Source of the DNA: Blastocladiella emersonii ATCC 22665
Lineage: Eukaryota > Fungi > Blastocladiomycota
Length of the DNA stretch: 64,000 bases
Direction: 5' to 3'
Assembly: GCA_025594325.1 (NCBI GenBank)
Contig: JANHCV010000003.1
Coordinates: 372,001-436,000, forward strand
In this document: piece after piece, positions 1 through 11,755 of the stretch
Position numbering within the stretch: position 1 is the first letter of the stretch
Layout: every line of letters begins with the position of its first letter
Notes under the pieces: generated by a model
Seen by the model: the letters and a program-made list of their open reading frames with translations, nothing else
The model's database searches: none
Told to the model about the DNA's origin: nothing
Translations under genes and position numbers: made by a program

Positions 1-68
1 GAGAGCGAGCCGAGGCCGACCAGGTGCTGCATGAGCTCGGGCGGGCACCGCTCGTACAATGTTCTCAT
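1..68 (-). CDS. 5' end of the mirror copy of the F-box-like gene (continues beyond window start)
   Basis: Mirror of 19188-19255; ATG at 68 on the minus strand. Confidence 0.55.
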   Translation of the reverse strand, partial: MRTLYERCPPELMQHLVGLGSL

Positions 69-1326
69 GGTGGCGCGGGACTCGACTTGGGGTTTGCAGA
101 ACGAGTTGTGCGTTGGTTGGTCGAAGAAATGGTGCGGAGCTACACGTGCCGAGCGACAGGACCAGCGGGTTAGCAAATCTGTCTTTCCGTCTGCCAGCGA
201 GCCAGGCAGACTCGAGCGGTCGACCGAGTTCTATTACTGCAGACGCGTACCAATCGCGAGCACGGTCGTAGGCGTGCGAGGAACTTGACGAGGATGCCCG
301 ATGGACGACACTCAGACGATGCAAAGGTCGCCACGAGATTTGACGGCAATGAACGCGATGGCGCAGACGAGGGTGCAGATGAAAAGCTTGCCGGAAGAGC
401 TATAAATGATGTGGTGCAATGAGCGGATATGGGACGCGCGGAACCGGCTTCGTGAGTGGACAATCCGCAGAGAGTACAGCAACGCGACAGTCGGCGCGCG
501 CCGCGTCTTATGAGCAGCAACCGGCGAGCCAGTACCCGTGCATGGACCGAGTCCGCATAGCAATGAGCAAACATGCGTACCGTCGATGGACGAAGATGCG
601 AACTCGCCGAGCCCTGCGTGGCTGGGCCGGCAGCTGTCAACGGTCGAGCCAAAGCGGGGAGCGCGATCAGAAGGCGACGGGCGAGGCGAACGAGCTGGAA
701 GTTGCACGGGCGGCCGAGTTTGTGTGGCCGTGCGCGGATGCGCATGCGTGTGTAAAAGAGGAGGGGAGGGTTCGACGACGAGGCAAAGGTCGAGAGGGCG
801 ATGCGGCAGAGAGTCGAGAGGCGCGCGCGTCGCGGCGAGCGGCGAGCAGCGATTGCGCAAATGCGAGGTAGCAATGAGCAAAAGGGCAGAGTCACGGGGG
901 CGACGCAAGTCGGGCAGACGAGGTGAGGAAGAGGAGAGTTGGGGAAGCGACGACAGCAGTCAGCTGCGCGTCGACCTGGCGGCGGCGGCGGGGCTTCGGC
1001 GATGGTGGACGCTTCGCGAGGGCGGCCGCTTTCGACAATGTCGCCGTGCTCAAACCCTGTGCTTCATCGCCGTGAATGCCTTGCGTCACGGCAGCAAGTG
1101 GGAGGCGGCCGGGACGCCGTTGCGAGAAGAAACACGCGCCGCCGACGCGCGGGCAACCCGGCCATGTGACGCCCACACGCGCCGCCGCGCGCAAATCGTG
1201 TGGGTCATTTGCACGCGAGTCTGCGTGAGTGGCGCCGCGGTGGTCTCGCGCACCATATGCTCGTTTTCCACTGTACCCATCCCGTACGAATCCCGAAGCT
1301 GAAGAGGACGCGCACACGCACGCACA

Positions 1327-2418
1327 TTGCAACGCATCAACAAACCGCACCCAACTCGCGCAACGGCCATCACTACGCGCCGCTGCCGCTCGACCACCAC
1401 CACCACCACTACCAGCAGCACCTCCCACTCCACCATGCTCGACTTTGCTCTGACGACCGGCGAACCCGCCATCCTGCTGCCGACCGACGAGGTCCGCCTC
1501 GAGACATCGGAGGGAACGATCGTCACCACGACCGTTGCGGTGATCGGGCAGTCGGCGCTGCTCCACAACATGCTCTGCAGCATGCTACCCGCCGCCAAGG
1601 GGCTCGCGATCCCGCTGCCCAACGTGTCCGAGGCGGCGCTCGCGCGCGTGCTCGAGTGGCTACGCGCGCACATTGCCGACGACGGGTACACGGCGCCGCA
1701 CGAGTACCAGAGCCGCACCGAGATCATGGAGTCGCTGCGCAACGCGACCATCTCGGAGCGGGACGAGGCGCTGTTCGAGAAGCTGTCCGACGAGCAGATC
1801 ATCGACCTCGCGCTGGCGGCCGACTACCTCCAGATCCAACCACTCGTCAACCTCGTGTGCTTCGTCATTGCCCGCGAGCTGAGCGCGTGACGCGGCGAGC
1901 AGAAGCTCCGCGACCGGTTCGGCCTGCCCGACGACCTGTCCGAGGAGCGCAAGGCCGAGATCCGCGCCCGGTTCGGCCTGCTCGACCCCGTCGCCAGCAG
2001 CTGCTCGCCCCCGGACGCCGCCGTCAAGTTCTTCGACTTTGACCTGATTGCGTCGTATCGCGCTCGTGCGCATGCTCATGCTCAAACCCAAGCTCATGAT
2101 GACTGCGCCGAGTTCGCCGACTCGGACAGCTCGTGCTACTCGGGCGGCACGCTCTCGCTCGACGAGTCGGTTGAAGATGGTAGCGCGTGCGCGTCTGCGT
2201 CGGAGGGCGACGAGTACGACGGCTCGGAGGGCGACGAGTGCGCGTCCGAGTCGGAGGGTGGCGAGTACGACGAGTGGGAGGGTGGTGAGTGCGACGACGA
2301 CGCGGAGGGTGGTGAGTGCGACGACGACGTGGAGGGAGGCGAGTAAGACGACGACGACGACGACGTGGAGGGAGGCGAGTACGACGCCGACCTGGAAGGT
2401 GACGAGTGTGACAAGTGA
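1327..2418 (+). pseudogene. SKP1-like (POZ plus dimerisation domain) gene with acidic repeat tail and two in-frame stops
   Basis: VRLETSEGTIV, IPLPNVSEAALARVLEWL and LSDEQIIDLALAADYLQIQPLVNLVCFVIAREL match SKP1 motifs. The same frame continues past TGA 1888-1890 as RGEQKLRDRFGLPDDLSEERKAEIR (SKP1 C-terminal helices), then EGGE(C/Y)DDD repeats broken by TAA 2344-2346, ending at TGA 2416-2418. The real start may be ATG 1435. Confidence 0.85.
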
Positions 2419-3628
2419 GACTGGCCGGGCACCCATCAAAATACACTCCCGTTCATTGCATCGCTCCACCGACCGTCTGCGAGAATGGGATTGACGAGCG
2501 CAAGCGGGTTCCTCACGAGGACGATAGAGCAACAAAGTAGCAACGTGGGCGGCAGGTCGCTCGCCGCTGCCGAGCCATTCCGCGGGCAGCGCCGACCGAG
2601 ACCGCGTCGCGAGCTCAGAGGAGCCGGAAATCGGCCGGGCAAGCGGTCGAGACCGGCTCGGCGCTCGCGTCGAGGCGACCGAATCGCGCGAGGGCGGACG
2701 CGGCGTTCATGCGCACGCGGCGGGGCTGTCGCGCGCGTCAACCGGCGGGATGACATCACCGCGCGCCGCCGGAGGCGCGTCCGCACCGTCGTCGCCTTCT
2801 CCGTCGCCCTGCGCGGCGGCGGTGCGGTTCCAGCACAATCAGCGCATACGCACCACTCGCCGCAATGCATCGACACCCGCAAGACCGCCTCCAGCTCGCG
2901 CGACCGACGCCGGCCGGGCGGTGCCGGCGCGGCGACGCGGGGGACGCGGGCGACGCGGGCGAGGTCGGACGGGCGGGGCGCGTCGCCGGCCGCATCCGCG
3001 AGTCTGCTGCATGTCGATGGGGTCCGAGTAGCTTCCATTGCGGTAGCGGAGCGAGGGCGGGGAGCGAGGGAAGTGCGGGGGAGCGGCGGTGGGCGCCCGA
3101 TCGGCAACGCGTGGGAGCAGCGCCTCGCGCCCGCTGACCGCACCCTCCATCATCAGCCGCCCATCACTCGGTCGGTCACCATCGCGCTCGCTGGCCTGCC
3201 CTGCCTCGCCCCGCCTCGTACTTGTCCTCGTCCTCGTCCTCGTCCTGCCGAACCGATGGTCCCCGCGCCGGACCGAGCCCGCAGCTGACGGTGGTCGCCG
3301 ACTCGCCGACGCGTGCCCGTCCCCTTGCATCGAGTCGCTGTGCCGATTCATCGTCGAACTGCATCACCGTCGGCGCCCGTCGAGGGCGCGCGCGCGCGCT
3401 GCTGTTGCGCGCCGCCAGAGCGCTCGCCGGTCGCGGTGGGTGGCGTGACGGCAGCCGACGTCGCCCTCGCCGTGTCTCCCACCGATTCCGCTCCGCTTCC
3501 AGCACCTCGTACCGCCGCCCGCCTCGCCCGCCAAACCCACACGCGCGCGCGCCAAGTCTCCACCCGAACGTCTCGCACCGCGACGCGTCCGGCACGCGTC
3601 GCCGCGGCCCGCATCGCCTCCGACGGAC

Positions 3629-6600
3629 ATGATCCGGCCGCCGGCCATGATCGTGCACCACACCACACCACGGCGCGCCAGTGCCCGCAGGCGCTCGTGC
3701 TCTCGTCCCAAGTACGCCAAGGACCTGATCCGCCCGGTCCTCCATCATCGCGCAGCCGCTCGGCGACGCGACCCACGCCGTGTCCAGTTCACTAACTCGC
3801 ATTGCGTCGCCCTCGTTCTGCGTAGCGTCGTCGTCGTTATCTGGCACCAGTCCGGCCGGGTTTCGGCAGGGATACTCAGCGGCTGCCTCCGTGATCTCGG
3901 CGCGCCTGGTCTCAGCGACGACCGTCTGCATCATCGACATCATTATCAAGACGCTCAAGCTGTGCAAGAGGAGATGCACCAGTCGCTCAACAAGATGCTC
4001 AAGGGTACGCGTCTTCTCACGCGACGCTCGCCGCGGGCATGACTAACAAGCAGTCTCGCTTCGGCAGTCTGTACCGGCTACTCCAGATCGTGCCCCGCTC
4101 CTCGCTCTCGGTATCGCGACCTTCGTTGCTGCGGTCCTGCCGTGGTCGCGCCGGCCCCCGTCATGTTTGACTCGACTCGATCATCCTGGCCGCCATCATT
4201 ACCGCACCCGCACCATCACTCTGTCTACACCAAGCCCGCCTTCCACGACGACTCGAATGACGATCGCGAGACGATGCGCTTCGGTACGCTCACTCGACGC
4301 GTTCATGACCGCACGCGCCGCGCTCCCACTCACTCAGCCCAATTCGACGTGTAGTCCGCCACTCGACCACCTCCCGCGTCAAGTCGCCGCGCGTCAAGCT
4401 CGACATGACCGAGGCCGCCGCACTCCTGTGGTTCCGGTTCCGCACGCGCGGTTCCCGCTCGGCCACAACTACGAGAGAAGACGTGGCCCTGTCAGCTCGA
4501 CTGGTTCGCCGTCATCTTTTCGAGGGCAGGTCGACGACGTACGTGCCTCGGCCTGCCTCATTGACAAGACCCAGCCCGCGCACAAGGTCGACGACATGCT
4601 GCACCGCCGCGACGCGCCTCCGCGGCCTGTTCCAGCCCCGACGTTCCGCCCACGGTCGTGCCCGGCGGGCCCGAGTTCCTCGCGCACGCCGCGCGGCTCA
4701 TCATGGCCCGCACCGACAGCGGCCTGCTCGAGCCCGTCTCAACTTCACCGATGTGTTCGTGATCAAGTCGGTCCCCGTCACCATCCCGTTCGCCATCGCG
4801 GGCGGGCGCCGCGCCGTGGCCTCCGAGAAGCGCAAGCAGTACGCGCCGCTGTATGCGGCCACCGACCCAGACCACCAGTACCTGCCCAGCGGCAATTTCT
4901 GCAACGTCGCGCTCTACATATCGGCCTGCCGCACCACGTCGAGGCCGTCTTCGTCATCGCGGCCCTCATGCTGCTCCTCCCGGTACGTCGATCCCGCTCC
5001 TCGTTACCTACGCAACGTTCACTAACGCTCTGTCTCGCGTGCCTCACAGCGACGAGTTCGAGCGCACCGAAGCCAAGGTCAAGTAGTTGGGGCGCGGGTC
5101 GGAGTAACGGGTCTCGGTCTCGTCGTGCGCCAACTGCGGATCATGTACGCTTCCCTTGCCACACCGCTCCCGTGTTCAGTACACTGACTCGCATCGCGTC
5201 GTCGTCGTACCATAGCGTCGGCGGTATCTGGGACCGGTCCAGCCGGTTTTTGGAAGGGACGTTTCGGCGGCTGCAGCTCCGTGATCTCGGCGCGCCTGGT
5301 CTCAGCGACGATCGTCCGCATCGTCGACATCGTCATCAAGGCGCTCGGCGTGCACATCAAGGGCACCAGCAGCGGCGCGGCGCGGCGCGGCCAAGGCCCA
5401 GGAGTACGCTTTGTCGTGTTCGGTCCCCGCTTTTTGCCCAACTTACGGTATGTCTCACTTCTGTAGTCTGCGCGATCTGCGCCGCGCATTCGGCAACATT
5501 TGCATCAACCATGGTACTAGGCACGCGGCGCCGACGATCAACTACGGGTCCAGGTACGGCTCGTTTCACCGTTTCTCCCAGTTCGATACGAGCACGACTG
5601 ACATTTCCAAATCTCGCTCCCATAGTTTGCGGCAGCTCTTCGACGCCGCCAGCAACATGAACATTATGGACTAGCGACAGACACGCGCGCGTGTCGCCTC
5701 TGGGTACGGCACTTTTTCACTTGACTTCCGTGACTCAAGTGCGACTAACGTCGCACCCCTACTTTTACAGTTCGCGCGCCAGCGTCTCGGTCAAGGCGAC
5801 GAGGTCACGTACCACCAGCGCCAGCGTCTCCCGACCGCTCGCGGCGGGCCCAACGCGTGTGGTTCTCGGGTGGGCGGCGCAGATCACGCGGTGGATGGTC
5901 AAGTTCGAAGTTCGTGGCGAACGCCATGCCGTGCCCGTGTCCATCGGCCAGTGTGGGATCACGCCGCTTCGAGTCCTGATCCGGTGCAGCATCATCTCCT
6001 CCTCGCCCGCGGTCCAGTTCGCCGTGCTCACGGTCCTGCCCATCTCGTTTGTGCGTGGCCAATCTAGCTGCTCATGGTCACCATCGAGGCCGGTCGCACC
6101 CTCGCGCCGCTCATCGCCGCCAAGTTCATCGCGTTTCCACATGCTGATCAAGGCGTCGTCGCTCTCCAAGCTCGGCGAGGGCCATTCTGCCGCCTGTCGT
6201 TGCTGCGCTGTCGCTCATTGTTTTCATTCAACTCGGCCGTCCTTTATCGCCACTGTTCCTGCTCCTACCACGCCACGCGCTACGTGAGGTCCGCCATCAA
6301 CGACTCGCACCACGACCGCTGCGAGATGCGCTTCGGTACGTCTTTGCGACGCGTCGCGTCCGCCACCCGATGTACCGCCGCTCACTCACCCCGATTCGAC
6401 GTCTAGTCTTTGGTCCGGCCATCCTCCCGACGTCGCCGCCCACCACGACCCGCGTGTCAAGTTCAACGTGACCGAGGAACATGCCCATCAGGTTCCGGTA
6501 TGACGTGGGGTACCCGTTCGGCTGCATCGGCACGACCCGGCCCGCGTACGATGCTGTCAACGTGTTGCACGGCCCGTATCACGGTACGTTTCCCCATCGC

Positions 6601-7500
6601 CGCATTAATCCCGCCGAGGCCTGATCACTGATCCACATCGCTTCTTCCCAAATCGTAGCGTCGTCGCCATCGGACCAGTTTTGGCCGGGCCCCGCTGGTG
6701 ATACCCGGCGGCGTATCCGTGCTCATGGCGCGCGTCTCGCCTCGGCGACGATCGTTGTGTGCACCACCTTCGATACGCTTGACGTGTACATCAAGGGCAG
6801 CGCCAGCAGCTCGGGCAAGGCCGAGGGGTACGCGATGTCTCGCTCAAGCTCCACAACAACATGAGCAGGACTAACGCCCTCGCTTTCCCGCTCAGTACAC
6901 CCTCAACCCAACTTCTCAACGTCGCCGGCAACATGAACGCCACGGGCAGCAACAACTATGCGTTTATGAATCATGGGTACGGTTCGTCGTGCTCGCGCTT
7001 TCCAATGAAGACTACTAACGCTCTCCTGCCTCTATCCCACAGTTCGCACCAGCTGCTCGCTCGAATCAACGAGACCATGTCCCGCGAGCGCCTCGGTCAT
7101 TCGCGCAGCGGGCTCAACGCGCAGGCAGTCCTCGCGAGGAGCGAGGACGGCTCAAGCCGCGCGGTCGCTCGCCAAGTTCATGACGGCCGCTGCCGTGCTC
7201 GGGCTCATTGGCGAGTGCGAGGCCGCGGCAGTCCGGGTTCTGCCATTCCGGTACATCATCTCGCTCGCGGTCCAGTTCACCATGCACCTGGTCCTGTTCA
7301 TCAAGGACGTGGTTCGGCTGATCGAGGTCATTGTCAAGGCCATGCGCATCCTCGCGCCGCTCATTGCCAAGGTCATCGCGTTCCGCACGTCGTCGTTGCC
7401 CTCGGAGCTCGGCGAGGTCCACTCGGCCGCGGCCGCCGCCAACGGAGCCAAGATCATGGTCTCGGTACTCGGCGAGGAGGTGCAGCAGCTCGAGTCCCCA
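3629..7500 (+). pseudogene. Intron-rich gene or gene array of unknown family built from three diverged ~1.4-kb units
   Basis: CCGTGATCTCGGCGCGCCTGGTCTCAGCGACGA at ~3889 and ~5279, diverged at ~6717. GATGCGCTTCG|GTACG..TTCGACGT.TAG intron at ~4280 and ~6330. Helical block VQF..L..I..A.R.LAPLIA at ~6010-6190 and ~7270-7430. Several GTACG..ACTAAC..AG introns; frames are broken. Confidence 0.55.
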
Positions 7501-8656
7501 AGTTCGCCGCCATCAACGCGGCGTAGCAGCGACGGCTCATTGACGACTACGCGCGCGCGCGCGCCGCGCGGGTTCGCGTACACGGCCGTGCAGTCTGGCA
7601 TTGCCGCGGACGAGTGGTGGTACGAGGCCGACAAGTCGGAGGGAAGCAACTACAACAACGCAGGCTCGGTCGACGACGGTCATCCTGCAGTCGCGCGAGG
7701 TCCGGCCAGGTTCGAGTACCGAGTGCCCGCGCGCGAGTACGGCACCTCGGACCGGACCCAGCCCTCGCCGTCACCACACCAACTGCACCTTCCACCCGAG
7801 CGACGGCAAATAACCACCGTACGTCGCGGCCCACGACCGCTGACCCGACCTTGCATCCATCCTCGCAACTCCCTGTCCCTGCAGCTGGCGCCTCGTGTCT
7901 CGCTCGCTCCGATTGCTCACCGAATTGGCCTGTCGGTGCCCGTTGTGGTGCCATCTTCTCTTTCTCTGAGGGCCCGCGGACGCGTACGCGTCCACGGACC
8001 TGTGGACGGGAATTGAAGCGGTCATGGTGTGCATGAAGAGCAGGCGTGAAACTTGTGCAATCGGACGCAGGTTCGGCGGCATACGCGCGAGGCTGGACGC
8101 TTGGCGCATCGCGGTCGGTGCTGGTCCGGACCGTGACGCGCACGCTCGGCTGGTCGCAGCAGTCCGACACGCTGGCGTCGCATCGGTCGCCGAGTTCAGC
8201 TATCTGCGCTCCTCCTCGTGGCCGTCGTCGTCATCCGCTCCTCCCTCGTTGCTCCACAGTGTCGCGGTCGGCGGCACCGGCGCTGCGGCCCTCGCAACAA
8301 ACGATGGCAGGGGCGCGGTCATTTGGCGACCGAGACGACGCGCGCGAGCGAGCGATCAATTTCCTTTGTTTTTGTTCTTCATATTGTTGATGGATGGCCC
8401 ACTTTCTGTATCATTCGCGAAGTTGTGGTCGAGTGGTCTGGGCTGGCGTCTGCTGCAAGAGTTGAGCCCTGTTCCGCGGCGCAGCCTGCGATTATTATCC
8501 CTTGGAGACAGACAGTTCGGTCCGCAAGCACGACCTCATGTGAGCTCAGATAATATTATTCAGCGCGTGTATGCGTTACAACAATCGACGGCTCGCGGGT
8601 TTCTCGCGCGCGAGCTTGGTCGCAGCGAGGACTTCGACCTCGTCACAGCGGGAATT

Positions 8657-8683
8657 CTCAGCTGTAGCTTTAGCGAAGCTGAG
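8657..8683. other. Short hairpin exactly at the arm/spacer junction
   Basis: CTCAGCT (8657-8663) and AGCTGAG (8677-8683) form a perfect 7-bp stem with a 13-nt loop, starting at the first unpaired base. Confidence 0.7.
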
Positions 8684-8944
8684 TTTCTGTTTGAGCAATT
8701 GAAACCTATCAGAGACATCAACCTGCACGTGAACCAAGCTTCGTCTGCAGTTCTAGCCCCCGACCCCACTCTCTTGGTCTAGCTCTCATTCCAAGTCCCC
8801 GACTCCCCGCATTGGCCTCAGCTCTGTGTAATAAAAATTCTGACACTGCTTATTTGACGAGGCGACCTACTTGAAAGTCCTCAAATGTGCGTCAACCTGG
8901 AGTGACAGTGGAGCGGTCGGTCGGTGCTGTCTCCCACTGCTGCG

Positions 8945-8973
8945 CCACCCGCTGAGCCACCCGCTGAGCCACC
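8945..8973. repeat. 12-bp tandem repeat CCACCCGCTGAG x2.4
   Basis: Read directly from the sequence. Confidence 0.85.
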
Positions 8974-9085
8974 GCCCTCAATGTGCCTGATGATCAATAC
9001 ATTTTGTTCCTCCCTATATCTTTCTCGTGGACCCTGAGCGAAGCTGGAGCGTGAGCTGACGAACCTATATTGAATTTTTCCTGGG

Positions 9086-9261
9086 CGTTTTGAAGGCGAT
9101 AACAGCGTTTATAGCCTTTAAAAGCGTGCGCAGCCTTCAAAGGCGGGGGAGTGCTTTTGAAGGCGGGGGAGTGCTTTTGAAAGCTGGTGGGTGACTTTAA
9201 CGGCCGGACATGGCTTTTGAAAGCACCGCTTGCCTGCGGTGCCTTAATCGCCTTCAAAACG
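9086..9261. repeat. Array of quasi-palindromic GC(C/T)TT(T/C)(G/A)AA(A/G)GC motifs bounded by a 15-bp inverted repeat
   Basis: CGTTTTGAAGGCGAT 9086-9100 is the reverse complement of ATCGCCTTCAAAACG 9247-9261. Internal copies at ~9114, 9133, 9153, 9173, 9213. Perfect 20-bp tandem AGGCGGGGGAGTGCTTTTGA at 9141-9180. Confidence 0.85.
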
Positions 9262-10329
9262 ACCAAAAAAAATCGTGATGAAGCTTGCTGTTCCACGCCG
9301 TCAGCCTGTGAAAGAATTTCGTCTGACGTTGCAAAAAGTTAGGGTCTAGTTTCATTCGTTTTGCATGTAGGTTGGTCAGGTCAGCGGGAGAACAGGAGCA
9401 AGCGCTTAGTCCCGAAACGAGGCAAACGCCGGCGCCCTGGGTGATGCCAATCATGTGAGGCGGTCGCAAATGAGGGGCGCGTCCCCGCCAAGGATGCCCT
9501 CAACTGCTGCTCTCTACAACATCTATGTGTAACGTGGCTCCATACGATAGAAGTTGTGGGAGGCTAGCGCTGCGCAACACCATTCGTGCCAAGATCGCTG
9601 TGACGAGTCGCGGCAGATGATTGAAGGTTCGGCGAACCTCAAGCAATTGGTAAAGATTTAAGTGACAAGCAACACTATGTGCGAGCCGCGATCAAGTCTG
9701 TTGGCATCGACTAGTCGCGCCCGTCAACTACGCCACGAGTAGCTCACCGGATACGCCAAGTCGCGGCGACAAGGGCCGCGCCGTCGCCCATCACGTCGAC
9801 TCGCGCACGACGCGCTCAAGTTCGCGCGGTAAGGTTCTTCCTATTATCGTTCTCGACGCGATTCGCGCTGCGTGGAGGCGCCGCCGAGCTTCAAGTTCCC
9901 GCGCAAATTTGCTCGTGCCGTCGGCCTGGATCGCAGCGACGCAGCGCACGCTCTCGCGTCGACTGTACTCTTCCTCGCCTGACCATTTGCTCACTCGTCT
10001 CCGCCACGTCGCCCACAGCCTCGGTCACCCTCGACAAACTGCTCTCCCCCATCGACTGGCCGGCGCTGCCCTCGAGCTCGTACTCGGCCGCGTAAACGTT
10101 CATGGTCAAGGTACGAAACTCGCCCACGCCCAGCACGGTCTCCGACTTACGCCGATGATTCTCTCCTGTGTAGTACATTGCGGGCACCGTCACAATCCAA
10201 TGGTCGTGGTCGATGGCGCCGAGTGAACCAGCTGCGGGTGCAAGGACGGGTTTAAGAATCACCCAAGGCGTGTTGTCTCAGTGCTGACTGACTTTGCGCT
10301 CACAATGATCTCTCCTCCGCATCGCAAGC

Positions 10330-11026
10330 TGCTTCAGAACTCGTCAATGCCTCGCAGTTCCTTGCCCGACACGAGCTGGCAGCGACGCTCGCAGCGACGC
10401 TGGGGTCATGCGGCGACGAACAGCGCGTCCCGCTTGCGTTCTAGAAGCTGATTCCTCACGGTGTGCTTGCTGGCATCAAGGACTCGAGCTGGATCGCAGA
10501 CATGCACGTCAAGCACCGGCGCAAATCGTTTGATCAACGGTCCTCGCAGTTGCGAAGGAGCTCCGACGTGTTGCGCCGCTTGTTGCACAAGCCGCTTGAA
10601 ATTCCCGCTGTGACGAGGTCGAAGTCCTCGCTGCGACCAAGCTCGCGCGCGAGAAACCCGCGAGCCGTCGATTGTTGTAACGCATACACGCGCTGAATAA
10701 TATTATCTGAGCTCACATGAGGTCGTGCTTGCGGACCGAACTGTCTGTCTCCAAGGGATAATAATCGCAGGCTGCGCCGCGGAACAGGGCTCAACTCTTG
10801 CAGCAGACGCCAGCCCAGACCACTCGACCACAACTTCGCGAATGATACAGAAAGTGGGCCATCCATCAACAATATGAAGAACAAAAACAAAGGAAATTGA
10901 TCGCTCGCTCGCGCGCGTCGTCTCGGTCGCCAAATGACCGCGCCCCTGCCATCGTTTGTTGCGAGGGCCGCAGCGCCGGTGCCGCCGACCGCGACACTGT
11001 GGAGCAACGAGGGAGGAGCGGATGAC
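10330..11026 (-). pseudogene. Decayed LRR-like gene remnant crossing from the right arm into the spacer
   Basis: Translations LRLLSLGD, SELLRNCED and ARNCEALT (DNA repeat CCTCGCAGTT at ~10350 and ~10542) resemble Cys-containing LRRs; many stops. Confidence 0.3.
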
Positions 11027-11755
11027 GACGACGGCCACGAGGAGGAGCGCAGATAGCTGAACTCGGCGACCGATGCGACGCCAGCGTGTCGGACTGCTGC
11101 GACCAGCCGAGCGTGCGCGTCACGGTCCGGACCAGCACCGACCGCGATGCGCCAAGCGTCCAGCCTCGCGCGTATGCCGCCGAACCTGCGTCCGATTGCA
11201 CAAGTTTCACGCCTGCTCTTCATGCACACCATGACCGCTTCAATTCCCGTCCACAGGTCCGTGGACGCGTACGCGTCCGCGGGCCCTCAGAGAAAGAGAA
11301 GATGGCACCACAACGGGCACCGACAGGCCAATTCGGTGAGCAATCGGAGCGAGCGAGACACGAGGCGCCAGCTGCAGGGACAGGGAGTTGCGAGGATGGA
11401 TGCAAGGTCGGGTCAGCGGTCGTGGGCCGCGACGTACGGTGGTTATTTGCCGTCGCTCGGGTGGAAGGTGCAGTTGGTGTGGTGACGGCGAGGGCTGGGT
11501 CCGGTCCGAGGTGCCGTACTCGCGCGCGGGCACTCGGTACTCGAACCTGGCCGGACCTCGCGCGACTGCAGGATGACCGTCGTCGACCGAGCCTGCGTTG
11601 TTGTAGTTGCTTCCCTCCGACTTGTCGGCCTCGTACCACCACTCGTCCGCGGCAATGCCAGACTGCACGGCCGTGTACGCGAACCCGCGCGGCGCGCGCG
11701 CGCGCGTAGTCGTCAATGAGCCGTCGCTGCTACGCCGCGTTGATGGCGGCGAACT

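Larger units (their letters stand above)
1..8656. repeat. Left arm of giant inverted repeat (runs off the window start)
   Basis: ORFs in 1-8.6 kb have mirror ORFs with identical translation whose coordinates sum to 19256 (e.g. 31..288+ and 18968..19225-). Bases 1-10 GAGAGCGAGC are the reverse complement of 19246-19255. Pairing stops after 8656 (GGGAATT|CTCAG vs mirror GGGAATT|TCAAG). Confidence 0.97.
8657..10599. other. Unique 1943-bp spacer of the inverted repeat, AT-richer, with short repeat arrays and gene remnants
   Basis: No mirror symmetry within this interval; visibly AT-richer at 8.7-9.4 kb. Confidence 0.92.

Noticed and set aside
1888-1890. TGA recoding or alternative genetic code explaining stops in SKP1-like genes
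   Set aside because: Core genes (CDC27, YPK1, PfkB) end at TGA. The broken copies also carry TAA stops and frameshifts, and the TGA in the 31.4-kb copy does not align to a Trp or Cys.
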